Part shown: piece after piece, positions 21,847 through 31,712 of the stretch
How the letters are laid out: every line of letters starts with the position of its first letter
How positions within the stretch are numbered: the first letter of the stretch is position 1
Source of the DNA: a virus
Lineage: Duplodnaviria; Caudoviricetes
Length of the DNA stretch: 64,000 nt
Direction: 5' to 3' (one strand)
IMG/VR virus record: IMGVR_UViG_3300014204_000125
Span: 1-64,000 of that record
The notes under the pieces: generated by a model
Told to the model about the DNA's origin: nothing
What the model saw: only the letters and a program-made list of their open reading frames with translations
Database searches by the model: none
Position numbers and translations under genes: made by a program

Positions 21847-22737
21847 TTACTTTAAACCTAAAAAATTAAGATCAAATTTAGCGATTGAAGTGGCAAATGA
21901 TTGGTTAAAAATATCTCTGTATTTTTTTCTAAGTATTCCTTTACCCTCAAATATTTCATTAACACGAGGCGGGGTTCCCTTTGGAGCACTTCCTACTTTT
22001 GAAAAGAAATATTCATTGGATCCTTTTTTCTTTAACAATAGGACTTGACGTAAATCGCCTCGTCTCGCGCTTGATCTCCCTGTTTTATTTGTTCTCATGC
22101 CTCTGTATGTTTTCGTGTGATATGGAGAAAATTCCGTTGACGCTTTGGCTCCCTGAAAAACGATTCTCCACATGGGAGGGTATTTTGATCCCCTATACCC
22201 CGGCACAGCCCTCACATAATCAATCGGGTAGGTGTATCTATACTCTTTGCTTAATTCTTTGTTCTTATTCAAGTTCTGTTTTGTTGATACCGCTGTACCC
22301 GCTTGCCTTACATAGAGTTGAGCGATTTGTCTTTTTTTGTCTTCGGTGTCCAAAATAATAAGATCAATAAGCGCAATATCACAACGCACCGACTTCTTTT
22401 CAAGCATCTCGCCCCTGAAATGTTTTGACTCACCCCAATATATAAACCTCTTTATATTCTGCCCCATTATGTTAAAAGTGGCTCTCAATGCGGCATGAAT
22501 AAGGTCGTATTTATCCCCACGAAACCTGAGTTTAAAGTCATTGAGTATCTGGTTCCACATCTTAGCGAGAGCCGGCCAGATACACTCTTTGATAACCCTG
22601 TCTTCATTGAGTTCATTCGCTGTTTTTACGGACTTGTCCCCAAATATCTTCTTGCGTCTCAGGAACTCAGCCTGAATCCTTTGGAGATCCGAGATCATTT
22701 CGGGGACACTTGGGACCGCGACAAATTCGAGGCTCAT
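21847..22737 (-). CDS. Basic neck/tail completion protein
   Basis: 296 aa, Lys/Arg-rich; synteny. Confidence 0.45.
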   Translation of the reverse strand: MSLEFVAVPSVPEMISDLQRIQAEFLRRKKIFGDKSVKTANELNEDRVIKECIWPALAKMWNQILNDFKLRFRGDKYDLIHAALRATFNIMGQNIKRFIYWGESKHFRGEMLEKKSVRCDIALIDLIILDTEDKKRQIAQLYVRQAGTAVSTKQNLNKNKELSKEYRYTYPIDYVRAVPGYRGSKYPPMWRIVFQGAKASTEFSPYHTKTYRGMRTNKTGRSSARRGDLRQVLLLKKKGSNEYFFSKVGSAPKGTPPRVNEIFEGKGILRKKYRDIFNQSFATSIAKFDLNFLGLK

Positions 22738-23270
22738 CTCATATTCGTCCGTTTCAGTTTCAATAAAATAGTGAAATGGGTTCCGTCAATAATAAACCCG
22801 TCTTCCTGTGGCGCCTTTACATTAACCCATTTCTCACCATTCATTTTGAGATATTTCATTACGTCGCTCGCAAGCCGACCCGAGAATATTCCAGAAGGTA
22901 TTTCAAGTTCGCTGCGGAGCATCGAGAGTTCGAGTTCGACATCATCGAATTGACCCCCAGGGATCATCTTACGCCCGTCGAACGGGCCCACATAACTCGC
23001 ATTACCGCTGAGGCTCACGGAACCCGTTGTAACGAGCTTCCCGACCCCAGAGCATACAGGGCAAATCCCTGTGAAAACAATCCCGCTACCCGTCGGATTG
23101 AACTTGCCGTTAGAACTCTTTTTAACCGCATCGTAAAAGCAGTTATAGCAGTTCATTTCGGACTCATTCCAAACGCACTCGCAGGAATCCCCGAACTGGT
23201 GTTTCACAGCCGGGATGTACCTTTTATATAGGTCTGCAATTTTCGAATTGATTAGAATTGGCTCTGCCAT
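22734..23270 (-). CDS. Head closure protein (CxxC...CxxCxG)
   Basis: CYNC and CPVCSGVG motifs; follows the adaptor gene. Confidence 0.55.
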   Translation of the reverse strand: MAEPILINSKIADLYKRYIPAVKHQFGDSCECVWNESEMNCYNCFYDAVKKSSNGKFNPTGSGIVFTGICPVCSGVGKLVTTGSVSLSGNASYVGPFDGRKMIPGGQFDDVELELSMLRSELEIPSGIFSGRLASDVMKYLKMNGEKWVNVKAPQEDGFIIDGTHFTILLKLKRTNMR

Positions 23271-23746
23271 TACGACACCCAGCTCCCGGAAGGCAGACTC
23301 TCATAGTACGCCCCGGTGTGAAGATTTTCATTGACATCGTTTAGGATCCTGAGATATTCGGAATGGAATTTCTCAGCCACGAGTTTTGAACCCGCCATCG
23401 CATTTGTCGTATCGATCGAGTCTCTTCCCGATTTAACCTTAACGGCTTCCCCGGCCTTCTCGTCCTGTTTCTTGCCGCTCGCGCCTTCAAGGACTCGATA
23501 TGTCACGAGTTCCCTTAAATCCCCGCGGCCCGATGTAATATTGCCGTCTACATCGACATCATCCGCGATCGTTGGGAAAATCTCATAATCGATCTCGTTG
23601 AGAAACCGAAATTTGATCAGTTTTCCGGTATCCGCGAATATGGCATCGAACGCAGAATCAATCCGATCGCAGAGTTCGATGTCGGTCTCGGTTGTCGAGA
23701 TGAGCCCTTTTATCTTACGAATTATTTTAGCAGTCGTAGTGTCCAT
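23270..23746 (-). CDS. Head-tail adaptor
   Basis: Start at the TAATG overlap with the GT stop, GGAGG RBS; helical N-terminus plus VKVKSGRDSIDT hairpin. Confidence 0.55.
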   Translation of the reverse strand: MDTTTAKIIRKIKGLISTTETDIELCDRIDSAFDAIFADTGKLIKFRFLNEIDYEIFPTIADDVDVDGNITSGRGDLRELVTYRVLEGASGKKQDEKAGEAVKVKSGRDSIDTTNAMAGSKLVAEKFHSEYLRILNDVNENLHTGAYYESLPSGSWVS

Positions 23747-24993
23747 TACAGCCTCCGGCAAATATCCTCAAGTCTTGGAATTACTCTCTGCTTGAATATG
23801 TGTTCCCAAGAGAATCCGCCGGATTCCTGCCGGGTTGCGATTTCGAATATAGAATCGAAAATGGGGAGCCCATTCGATTTCCATTTCTCATAGAGATCCC
23901 GCATGGCTTTCCGGATCGAGTTGATATCGGGTTCGAAGTAGAAGAATGTGGCATCCTCATCCCCGCCATCCGGGAAATGCGCACGCCCAGATATTCGGTT
24001 TGTCCATTCCATCCGCCCCTGGACCCACCACTTATATCCGGGTTGAATGTAGTCTTTGGGTCCCATGAAGTCAGACACAATAACCGGCCGGCCGCAGCTT
24101 AAAGACTCAAGCGGGATCATCCCGAAACCTTCGCCCCTGTGCGGGGATACAATGACATCGCACGACCTAATGAAATTTGCAATCCCCTCTGGGCCGCATT
24201 CCTTCGTAGTGTAGTAGGTGTGCATTTGTTTCGGATATCGATTTATAATATCCGTATATTCCTTGTACCAGTGCCCGTGTCCGTCAAAGGCTTTGCTGAA
24301 ATTGCGATGCGAGGACTGCATTATCATTTCGACCCTATCCTCAACCCCAAACTCCTGCATAAATGCGTTTAAAGCCAAATCTGCGCCTTTGTATATACAT
24401 ATTGAATTACAGAGCCCAAAGCGGAACCTGTCTTGCCCCTTCTTTTCCGTGGGATAGAATACGGTCCGGTTTACCCCATGAGGCACGACATAGATTAATT
24501 CAGGAGGCGCGCCGGCTTCAATAAAGGAATCCCGATTTGCCTGGGACGGGGTCCAAACCTCATCGAAATTTGTTATGTTCTGGATCCACGATTTCGGGGC
24601 GTTTTGATGACTCCAGACGAAATATCCGATCCTGTATTTTTCCTTCACTTCGGCGCCGGGGAGCCGGTGAAAAGTTGCCGCGGCTTCAAGGTTTAGGGTT
24701 GATACAAAATATAACGCGATATCAAATTCCTCTACCCCGGCGGCTATCCTATCCTGTCCATAATACGCCTTTTCGAGTTGAACTTCATACCCGTCGAACA
24801 TTCCGGGGGCCCAATGATTCAATCCCTTCCAGAACTGTTCAAAGGAAAGAAATCCGGGATGGGGTCTCGAATTCCAAATCGAAACATCTACCTCGTTTTT
24901 TAAGAACTGAAGCAAGAGATTTCTGTTCACGTTCGAAAATGAATTATTTACGATGAACTCCCCGACGAAAAGAACCCTTTTATTTTCTATCAT
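23746..24993 (-). CDS. Glycosyltransferase, GT4/GT-B
   Basis: DEVWTPS, VVPHGV, KGAD, HRGEGFGMIPLE (EX7E). Confidence 0.9.
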   Translation of the reverse strand: MIENKRVLFVGEFIVNNSFSNVNRNLLLQFLKNEVDVSIWNSRPHPGFLSFEQFWKGLNHWAPGMFDGYEVQLEKAYYGQDRIAAGVEEFDIALYFVSTLNLEAAATFHRLPGAEVKEKYRIGYFVWSHQNAPKSWIQNITNFDEVWTPSQANRDSFIEAGAPPELIYVVPHGVNRTVFYPTEKKGQDRFRFGLCNSICIYKGADLALNAFMQEFGVEDRVEMIMQSSHRNFSKAFDGHGHWYKEYTDIINRYPKQMHTYYTTKECGPEGIANFIRSCDVIVSPHRGEGFGMIPLESLSCGRPVIVSDFMGPKDYIQPGYKWWVQGRMEWTNRISGRAHFPDGGDEDATFFYFEPDINSIRKAMRDLYEKWKSNGLPIFDSIFEIATRQESGGFSWEHIFKQRVIPRLEDICRRL

Positions 24994-26093
24994 AGCGCCT
25001 CTATCCTCTGAATTGTTTTCATTACTTCGGTTCCCCCGTGTCCAAATGTCGCGTCAAAATTGGCGAATCCGGATTTGTCCTGATACCTCACCGAATTATA
25101 TCTGTGATCTATCATGGACTTTACGAGTTCGTTTATGTCCGTCTGGATCCAGAGCATAGACTCATTGTAGTTGGGGTTGTGAGGGAATCGACACGCCGGC
25201 TTGAGTTGACTCTTTATGAGCTGACCCGTGCCGGGGAGGATATAATCGACCTGTCCGCCACGATCCGGTGCAATTACGGGGACTCCGCACGCGAGAGCTT
25301 CAAGATAGGGAATCCCACAACCTTCCCCGCGGGTGGGTAAGACATAACAATCCGCGCTCTTATACAGGAACCAAACATCCTCGGCCGGGATTATGTCCGC
25401 GATAAGAAACACGCGCGCCTGAGACTTCTTTTCATACTTAAACATCTCGATCATATTCCGCATTGAGTTGAAATTATCAACCCCGCTGAAACAACATGTC
25501 TTAATGATCAGAGATACGTTCGGATCGTTCTGGAAAGCATGAAAATAGGCTTCCAAAAGAATATCCCAACCCTTCCTTGGGGTCCACTCCGAATTCGCGA
25601 AGAATACGAAGGCGCCGGGATCTTTATGGAACCGGAAAGAATCCGATTTTGAGTTCCGAATCCTTTCAATGTCAATCGGCATAAGGGTAATTTCTACAGG
25701 CACGGAAACCCCGGAATGCACGAACGCCATCTTCGAAAAATAACTCATAGTCCAGACTTCATCGGCTTCGTTACATTTATTAACCCAGGACTCGCTTACC
25801 GAATCCGTCTCCGCGACCGTCATAAGAATATGTTTTGTCTCTCTGGGAAAATAATCCGCTTTACGATCGAAACAAGGCGGGATTACGTTATGAATCACAA
25901 GGTCGTATTCATACCCAACATAACTTTCGAACGGTTTCATTTCGGGCATATCGGGATAATCTTTGGCGCCCTCGTGGACAAGGAATCGGGTTTCCATTCC
26001 CGCCGCATTGAGCCCCTTTATCCACTCACGCGAATTCCTTGCATATCCCGAATTTTCCGTGTATCCGAATATCCAGAGGATCTTTTTCGCCAT
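24990..26093 (-). CDS. Glycosyltransferase, GT4/GT-B
   Basis: SGYAR, ADEVWTMS, RKGWD, TRGEGCGIPYLEALACG. Confidence 0.9.
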   Translation of the reverse strand: MAKKILWIFGYTENSGYARNSREWIKGLNAAGMETRFLVHEGAKDYPDMPEMKPFESYVGYEYDLVIHNVIPPCFDRKADYFPRETKHILMTVAETDSVSESWVNKCNEADEVWTMSYFSKMAFVHSGVSVPVEITLMPIDIERIRNSKSDSFRFHKDPGAFVFFANSEWTPRKGWDILLEAYFHAFQNDPNVSLIIKTCCFSGVDNFNSMRNMIEMFKYEKKSQARVFLIADIIPAEDVWFLYKSADCYVLPTRGEGCGIPYLEALACGVPVIAPDRGGQVDYILPGTGQLIKSQLKPACRFPHNPNYNESMLWIQTDINELVKSMIDHRYNSVRYQDKSGFANFDATFGHGGTEVMKTIQRIEAL

Positions 26094-27319
26094 TAGATTT
26101 CACCCCGATTCGGGAACTCGATCGGGATCGATTGAAACAGCTCCGCCCACTCCCGGGCCACTATATCCCAATCCCTGCGTTTCGCGAAGTCGAGTGCAAA
26201 CATCTTCTGCGTGTCTCTGAATTCAGGCGGGGCTCCCGGTTTCAGTTTCGAATAGAGCTCGAGCATTTTCTCGGCGCCTTTATTCGTATCCGGCAAATAT
26301 CGGATATGCGCGAGATCGTTGTTCCAGTATGTCCTCTGGTTGATCGGGGGTACGAGATGAATGCACTTCATGTCGGCCTGGAGATCTCGCATGACTGAGT
26401 TGTCCGTGACGAGGCTGGGGATCCCGACGGCACATGCGTGGTTAATGGGAAGCCCATAGCCTTCCCCATACGAGAAGAGGCAGTTCACATCGAAACTATT
26501 GTAGAGCTGATTCATCTCGGCGTGGGTGAACGCGCGGTTCGTCGGCCGGATAAACACGACATCCCGATTAGTTTTGTTGAGTCCGAAATGGGTTGCCATT
26601 GTCAGGATATCAAAGCTGTCCGGGGTCAAATGGGCCTCGGTAGTATATACGGCGAGGACTACCTTTTTGCCCTCTTCCTCAGGGAGCATCTTCTTGAATT
26701 TAGCGAATGACTCGACGAGTTCAGGAAATCTTTTTCTCTGAAAATTCTTGCCCACCATTCCGAAAACAAAAACATTGGGATCCTGATAGTACCCGACTTT
26801 TACTTTCGCTTTATCCTCGGGTTTCATTGGAAAATAGAGTTTGTCCACGCCATGCCAAATCACGTTCGATTTGAGATGAGGGTATATTTTTGCAACTTCT
26901 CGCTGTTGCCACGGGGTAGGGAAAACAAGACAGTCGGCATGATTAAGAGAGTCGGCCCAGGGTCCAAGAGGCGCGCCGTCGAATACGACATGCTGCACCC
27001 AGACAGGGCGTTTCTCAGCCTGGAATATCTCGGGCAATTTCTCGACATACATCGGCATTACATACCCGTCGTTCAGAGTATATATGATATCAGGTTTTAT
27101 GTTTTTAATCATGGGTACGAAATCGGCGAGATTGTATGTGCTTCTGCACGCCCAGACAGGGAACCTTGCCGGGAATACCGGCTTGAATCCGTCGTAATTG
27201 CACGCGAGTACGCTTATATCAAAGTTTTCATATATACGATCGAATATACTTTCATTCACATAGCCGTAGCCAGTCGGGACATTGTAATCCCCGACAACAA
27301 GGATTTTACGCTTTGCCAT
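26093..27319 (-). CDS. Glycosyltransferase, GT4/GT-B
   Basis: ILVVGD..VPTGYG, IWHGVD, NFQRKR, GEGYGLP (second Glu of EX7E replaced by His). Confidence 0.9.
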   Translation of the reverse strand: MAKRKILVVGDYNVPTGYGYVNESIFDRIYENFDISVLACNYDGFKPVFPARFPVWACRSTYNLADFVPMIKNIKPDIIYTLNDGYVMPMYVEKLPEIFQAEKRPVWVQHVVFDGAPLGPWADSLNHADCLVFPTPWQQREVAKIYPHLKSNVIWHGVDKLYFPMKPEDKAKVKVGYYQDPNVFVFGMVGKNFQRKRFPELVESFAKFKKMLPEEEGKKVVLAVYTTEAHLTPDSFDILTMATHFGLNKTNRDVVFIRPTNRAFTHAEMNQLYNSFDVNCLFSYGEGYGLPINHACAVGIPSLVTDNSVMRDLQADMKCIHLVPPINQRTYWNNDLAHIRYLPDTNKGAEKMLELYSKLKPGAPPEFRDTQKMFALDFAKRRDWDIVAREWAELFQSIPIEFPNRGEI

Positions 27320-27332
27320 TCTATCCTCCAGT

Positions 27333-27533
27333 TTATTTTTCAGGGGGTTTGTCCGCGGGCTTATCCGCCGGCTTGGGTTCGGGTTTTACTTTATTAACGA
27401 AATCCTGATACGTTTTAAGGTACTCCGGTTTTTCTTCTGGAGTATTCTTAAATTTATCAACCAGTTCGTTATATATTCCGATAAGTTTCTCGTCTTTGAT
27501 CAGTTTATTTCGAATCTTCTCGATTGCACCCAT
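27333..27533 (-). CDS. Small hypothetical protein with (K)PADK tail
   Basis: ATG 27533 with AGGTGG RBS; 66 aa. Confidence 0.55.
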   Translation of the reverse strand: MGAIEKIRNKLIKDEKLIGIYNELVDKFKNTPEEKPEYLKTYQDFVNKVKPEPKPADKPADKPPEK

Positions 27534-27544
27534 TTTTTTAACCA

Positions 27545-27780
27545 CCTGGTTTACCAAATTTGCAAAAAATTAACCTTGCACATTTGGAAGGAGACCTTTC
27601 GTTCTCCTGACGTGAACTTCATTTCTGTTTCACCTGCCTTTGGGTCAGGCTGAATTCCACCGCATAGGCGACCAATTCTCACCTACGACTACCTTCCGGC
27701 TTTGCGACACCGGATTCTGACCTCTTGCCTATTTACATAGGAACCGGGTCAACCGCAGTGAGCGGAGGCTTGAGGTAACA
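27545..27780 (-). ncRNA. Putative omegaRNA/right-end RNA of the TnpB-related element
   Basis: Hairpins CCGG-UGUCGCAAAG-CCGG, CGUAGGUGA..UCGCCUAUG, GCCU..AGGC, GGAGA-ACGAAAGG-UCUCC directly 3' of the ORF. Confidence 0.5.
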
Positions 27781-28914
27781 GTCTTTTAAATAATCCAAAG
27801 CCTTGTATCCAATATTCTTGGAATACTTTCTTCCTTCAAGGTTCCAGTATCCCAATTTTTTGGGGTCTTTGGTTATCTTAAAAGTCTGGCGTTCTCTCAA
27901 ACCCATTCCTCTTCGCGCTATCACTAACGCAGCGGATTCATGGGAACTCAACGAGAACATACCTCGGTATTTGAGTTGTCCTAATATAGAAGTAAATGCG
28001 GGATCAACCTCTTCTACTAAAACTCCGTGTTTAATCCCTTGTATTTTAATTGCCTCGGTTAATTTGCGATAGACAAAGTTATGTTGCATTCTCTTAAATT
28101 TTTTGGAATATTTATTTTTATTGTTTTCTTTAAAATTTAATTTTTCTATTATTATCGGCTTATTTTTATTTAAAGCTTGAACAACAAGAAGTTTAGCCAT
28201 TGTTTGAATTTCATGGTCTCTTTTGTTTTTTTGAGCAAACTGAATTTTTTTAAATTTAGTAGAGTAATGGTTTAAAAGATTGCCCGCTTCATTAGTTTCA
28301 GATATGGCAAGTCTATCAGGATTTGTGTCAACTCCTACTGTGCCTTTAGTATTTAAAATAACTGACAATTTTGGGGGTTCAACTTCAAAGGTTATCATTA
28401 TTTTAAATTTGTTCTTTCGATATACAAGCCTGGCATCATAACAAGCCGAACTCCATTCCTTAAATTTATCAGAAACAAATACCAAACCCTCTAACCACTT
28501 TCCTCTTGCTAAGGGTTCATTTACAAAGATTTTATTTTTTTCTATGCGAATATTGGGATTCCCTTTTTTTGATTTTTCTCCCATAGAATACAACTGGGAA
28601 TTACGTTTCTGCGTCCATTGCTCTTTAGTTATACTCTCTTTTCGAAATCTTTTCCACGTATATTTTCCGCCAAAAATAACATGTTCTGATTCTATCCCAG
28701 AGGCAAGCGTGCAGGCGTCAGAGATATAACGTCCATTTAAATGCTTCATAAAATTAATTTTTACATATTTTTTAATTGCATTCCCTTTCTGTTCGTATTT
28801 GTGAATAGCCTGATATGCGGAATGAATGGCAGAACATTGAGCCTTCATTAGCTCAAGAATTCTGGTCTTGATTTCAGGTTTAAAATAAACTTCTCCGTGT
28901 ATTACTTTCCGCAT
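27733..28914 (-). CDS. IS200/IS605 accessory TnpB-related protein (no Zn finger)
   Basis: GNPNIRI, GVDTN, IIIEKL, VDPAFTS, HESAALVIARRGMG. Confidence 0.8.
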   Translation of the reverse strand: MRKVIHGEVYFKPEIKTRILELMKAQCSAIHSAYQAIHKYEQKGNAIKKYVKINFMKHLNGRYISDACTLASGIESEHVIFGGKYTWKRFRKESITKEQWTQKRNSQLYSMGEKSKKGNPNIRIEKNKIFVNEPLARGKWLEGLVFVSDKFKEWSSACYDARLVYRKNKFKIMITFEVEPPKLSVILNTKGTVGVDTNPDRLAISETNEAGNLLNHYSTKFKKIQFAQKNKRDHEIQTMAKLLVVQALNKNKPIIIEKLNFKENNKNKYSKKFKRMQHNFVYRKLTEAIKIQGIKHGVLVEEVDPAFTSILGQLKYRGMFSLSSHESAALVIARRGMGLRERQTFKITKDPKKLGYWNLEGRKYSKNIGYKALDYLKDCYLKPPLTAVDPVPM

Positions 28915-28959
28915 ATTCTTTTTGCCTTACAGCGTTTTTTTACAGTTTAAAACTTAGTT

Positions 28960-29472
28960 TTATACTACAACCGATATGTTTATCAATTCGTCAAGTGCAG
29001 TGATGAGTTTGAAGGATTTATTCGCGTCGATGCACTTGTTGCGGAGGTCATTCAACGCAGACCTGCTTCTTATTCCTTCCGCGCGTTTCAAGATATCTTC
29101 GTCTTTAAGTTTTATCCACTCGAACGCCTTGCCCTCTATCTTTGAATCGATATGGCTTATTGCCGGGATCTTCGAGAAGGCTTCGACTTCGCTCGCATCG
29201 AGTTCTTTGACCCTGCCGTCTGACATGAACGGCGCCGAGGAATTCATCTGAACCTCGGAGTCCGTAAGGGCAATGATCTGGTTCTGTTCGAGAAGGATTT
29301 CTTTGCCATTGTCCTGTTCAAACTGAAGGAGATGTTTGCTCGTATTCGCGATAAAAGTAAGGTTTTCGCCCTTCTTGTCTTTCCCCATTCCGCGAAGACT
29401 CCTTATCTTATAAAGAGATGTTAAGTCCTTTTTTTCTGTCTGTTTCACTTCGGTAACTTTCTTTTTTGCCAT
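28960..29472 (-). CDS. Hypothetical protein after the major capsid gene
   Basis: 170 aa with its own promoter and GGAGG RBS. Confidence 0.6.
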   Translation of the reverse strand: MAKKKVTEVKQTEKKDLTSLYKIRSLRGMGKDKKGENLTFIANTSKHLLQFEQDNGKEILLEQNQIIALTDSEVQMNSSAPFMSDGRVKELDASEVEAFSKIPAISHIDSKIEGKAFEWIKLKDEDILKRAEGIRSRSALNDLRNKCIDANKSFKLITALDELINISVVV

Positions 29473-29499
29473 TTTGCTCGCCTCCTATATTTTAAAACA

Positions 29500-29528
29500 A
29501 TTCTATCAGATATGGCGCCGGGTGTCAA
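29500..29528 (-). promoter_or_regulatory. sigma70-type promoter
   Basis: TTGACA-17 nt-TAGAAT with TGn; CATATCTG in the spacer. Confidence 0.8.
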
Positions 29529-29544
29529 GACAATGTTACCAAAT

Positions 29545-29580
29545 AGAAACACAAAGAGCCGCTGGCAAGGCGGCTCTTGT
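29545..29580 (-). terminator. Intrinsic terminator after the capsid gene
   Basis: AAGAGCCGC-cttgcca-GCGGCTCTT followed by a T-rich tail. Confidence 0.75.
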
Positions 29581-29612
29581 GTACGGAGGATATATAGGAA
29601 CGCGGGCAGGAA

Positions 29613-30566
29613 TTAGCCAGTTACGGTATGGAGAGCGAAGAACTGGTCGGCTACGATTATGGCGCCGAAGTCTTCTGCGGTATGGGACAGAGTGCCCATC
29701 TTTTCTACGTCCGGGCCGGACATCGTGGACTGGCCGCTGGAACCGTAGACGCCGGCTTTTTTACCGACATATATTAAATGGGTCTGGTCGAGCTGTGCGG
29801 TTTTGTACTTCTTGCCGGCTCCGTCAACGATGTATTCGGGAACATCGTATATCGAGTACAACGGAATGCCGTGGTACGTTTTGAGAGCGCCTTTTACGTC
29901 GATGTCTCTCTGGGTGAGGTCCGAGTATCCCGTGAATTCCGAGAACTGTCCGATAAGGTCAGCTCCGCCTATGATACCGGCTACCCCGCCAATTTTAGCA
30001 GAGAGTTTACGGATCATGGTATTGACGGTGGCCTGGACGAGGGTGGAAGCGGAAGCAACGAGATCCGTGTCCAGGGTTGCGGCGATCATGAGGTCGAGAA
30101 CGTATTTGACTCTCTGGGTGCGGAGACCTTTCTGTATCTGAGCCGCGTCGGTCATCAGTTTAACAAGAAGAGAGTCGCGAACCGCAGCGATGTCCAGCAT
30201 GTAAAACCATGAGAGTCTTTCCATCTGGGTCGATACGAAACTCGAATAAGTTGCAACCTGAACCGCTTTCGAACCGATAGCGTGTTTGTACGCTCTGCCT
30301 TCGAATCCGGTTTCCACGCTGAGGGTTGCGCCGTTTACGGTGCCTTTCTCAAGGACCATATCGGTGAAATCCTCGTTATCCGGGAAAGCCTGGATGAATT
30401 CGTTGACGTAGAACGTGCCGGCGGCTACGAGTTCGGCAACGTGTGCGGGATTCTTGAGATCGTATTCTGCAACTTTCGCTACGACCTGTTCGAATTCGGC
30501 ATTGTCTTTTTTTAATTTATCGAAGAACGATTTTGCCTGATTAGGATTGATTTTGCTGATGTCCAT
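29613..30566 (-). CDS. Major capsid protein (HK97 fold inferred)
   Basis: 317 aa from ATG 30566 with AAAGGAG RBS; high-expression codon style; follows scaffold/decoration genes and precedes a terminator. Confidence 0.75.
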   Translation of the reverse strand: MDISKINPNQAKSFFDKLKKDNAEFEQVVAKVAEYDLKNPAHVAELVAAGTFYVNEFIQAFPDNEDFTDMVLEKGTVNGATLSVETGFEGRAYKHAIGSKAVQVATYSSFVSTQMERLSWFYMLDIAAVRDSLLVKLMTDAAQIQKGLRTQRVKYVLDLMIAATLDTDLVASASTLVQATVNTMIRKLSAKIGGVAGIIGGADLIGQFSEFTGYSDLTQRDIDVKGALKTYHGIPLYSIYDVPEYIVDGAGKKYKTAQLDQTHLIYVGKKAGVYGSSGQSTMSGPDVEKMGTLSHTAEDFGAIIVADQFFALHTVTG

Positions 30567-31104
30567 TTTGAATTCTCCTTTACTCAATATTTTTTATATG
30601 TTATTCGATCTTGTCAGATTTAGATCATGGCTTTCATCGTGGCTTTCATGATGCCTGAGTCGGTGTCGCCGACGAAGGATTCGAAACGGAAATAATCCGT
30701 GGTGCTGGCGGTTGCGGAGCTGACGATGCAGATCTTGCCCGATTTGATACCGAGGAAATCGCCGCGGGTGGAGACCGTTCCGAAACTGTCGGCTATTTTG
30801 AGAGTGTCTGCGTCGCAGAGGAAACTGCAACCATTGACTACCCTGACGGAGATTCCGGATTTGATCGTGGCTTCGTTCTGGTATGCCTCGGGCTGGATTT
30901 CGGTGTTTCTGACGGCGATCCATACGGATTTTACGTCATTGGCTGCGGTGGACGATTTGAGTGCGGTGCCATTTGCGGCTTCGTAAACGAGTTCTCCGCT
31001 CTCGAGATCCTGACCCGCGATGAGGCTTTTTTCATTGATGGGGTTAGAAAGTAATCTGAACATTTTGAATTCTCCTTTACTTAATATTTTTTCTTATGTT
31101 GTTC
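30564..31104 (-). repeat. Duplicated ~40-nt translation leader before the decoration and capsid genes
   Basis: AAAAAATATT[A/G]AGTAAAGGAGAATTCAAAATG at 30564-30595 and 31061-31092, with similarity extending about 10 nt further upstream. Confidence 0.85.
30620..31063 (-). CDS. Capsid decoration/cement protein
   Basis: 147 aa, beta-rich, directly before the MCP and sharing its leader. Confidence 0.6.
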   Translation of the reverse strand: MFRLLSNPINEKSLIAGQDLESGELVYEAANGTALKSSTAANDVKSVWIAVRNTEIQPEAYQNEATIKSGISVRVVNGCSFLCDADTLKIADSFGTVSTRGDFLGIKSGKICIVSSATASTTDYFRFESFVGDTDSGIMKATMKAMI

Positions 31105-31115
31105 TTACCTAAACT

Positions 31116-31700
31116 TTATCTGGACTTTTTCGCAAGACCCTTTGATGCGTCTACCAGCATTTTCCCGAGCTGTTTTCCGAGTCCCTGATCCTTGGGAAGA
31201 GTTAAGCCGCTTTTGTCGGTATGTGCGAGAACGAGTTCCTGATTTTTTGTCATTTCAGTGCGTTCCTGGGTGGCTACGCTTTTCTTGCCGAGATCTATCG
31301 CGAGGGTGAGTTCAGCGACGTATTCGTCAAAAGCACCCTGATCAGAAAATCCGGCGAGCCTTTTGGCTACAACGGGGATTCCGATTTCAGTAAGTTTGGC
31401 CGTCCATGCGTTTTCGAGAGCGTTGCGCTCGGCTTCGGCTTTTACGAGTTCGAGCTCGACTTCGCCGGCGTAAACGATCGCGGCGGAAACCTGATTTTCA
31501 ACTTCCATATCGCGCAGTTTTTTCGACATTGAAAGGTTTTCCGCTTTTACGAGTTCCATCTCTTTGTCTTTGGATTCGATAGCCGCGGCAAAAACTTCAT
31601 TATCGCTTTTTATTTTTTCGATTTCAGCCGTGACAAAAAGAGACTTGCCTTCAAGATTCAAATCGATTTTGTCGAGTTTGTTTTTGATTTCTTCGTTCAT
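31116..31700 (-). CDS. Scaffolding protein
   Basis: Acidic coiled-coil between protease and head genes. Confidence 0.6.
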   Translation of the reverse strand: MNEEIKNKLDKIDLNLEGKSLFVTAEIEKIKSDNEVFAAAIESKDKEMELVKAENLSMSKKLRDMEVENQVSAAIVYAGEVELELVKAEAERNALENAWTAKLTEIGIPVVAKRLAGFSDQGAFDEYVAELTLAIDLGKKSVATQERTEMTKNQELVLAHTDKSGLTLPKDQGLGKQLGKMLVDASKGLAKKSR

Positions 31701-31712
31701 GATTTTCTCCTT

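Larger units (their letters stand above)
27545..28950 (-). mobile_element. Second TnpB-related element with long structured 3' region
   Basis: AT-rich ORF followed by ~190 nt of GC-richer non-coding sequence ending TTTGGTAAACCAGG; boundaries approximate. Confidence 0.65.
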
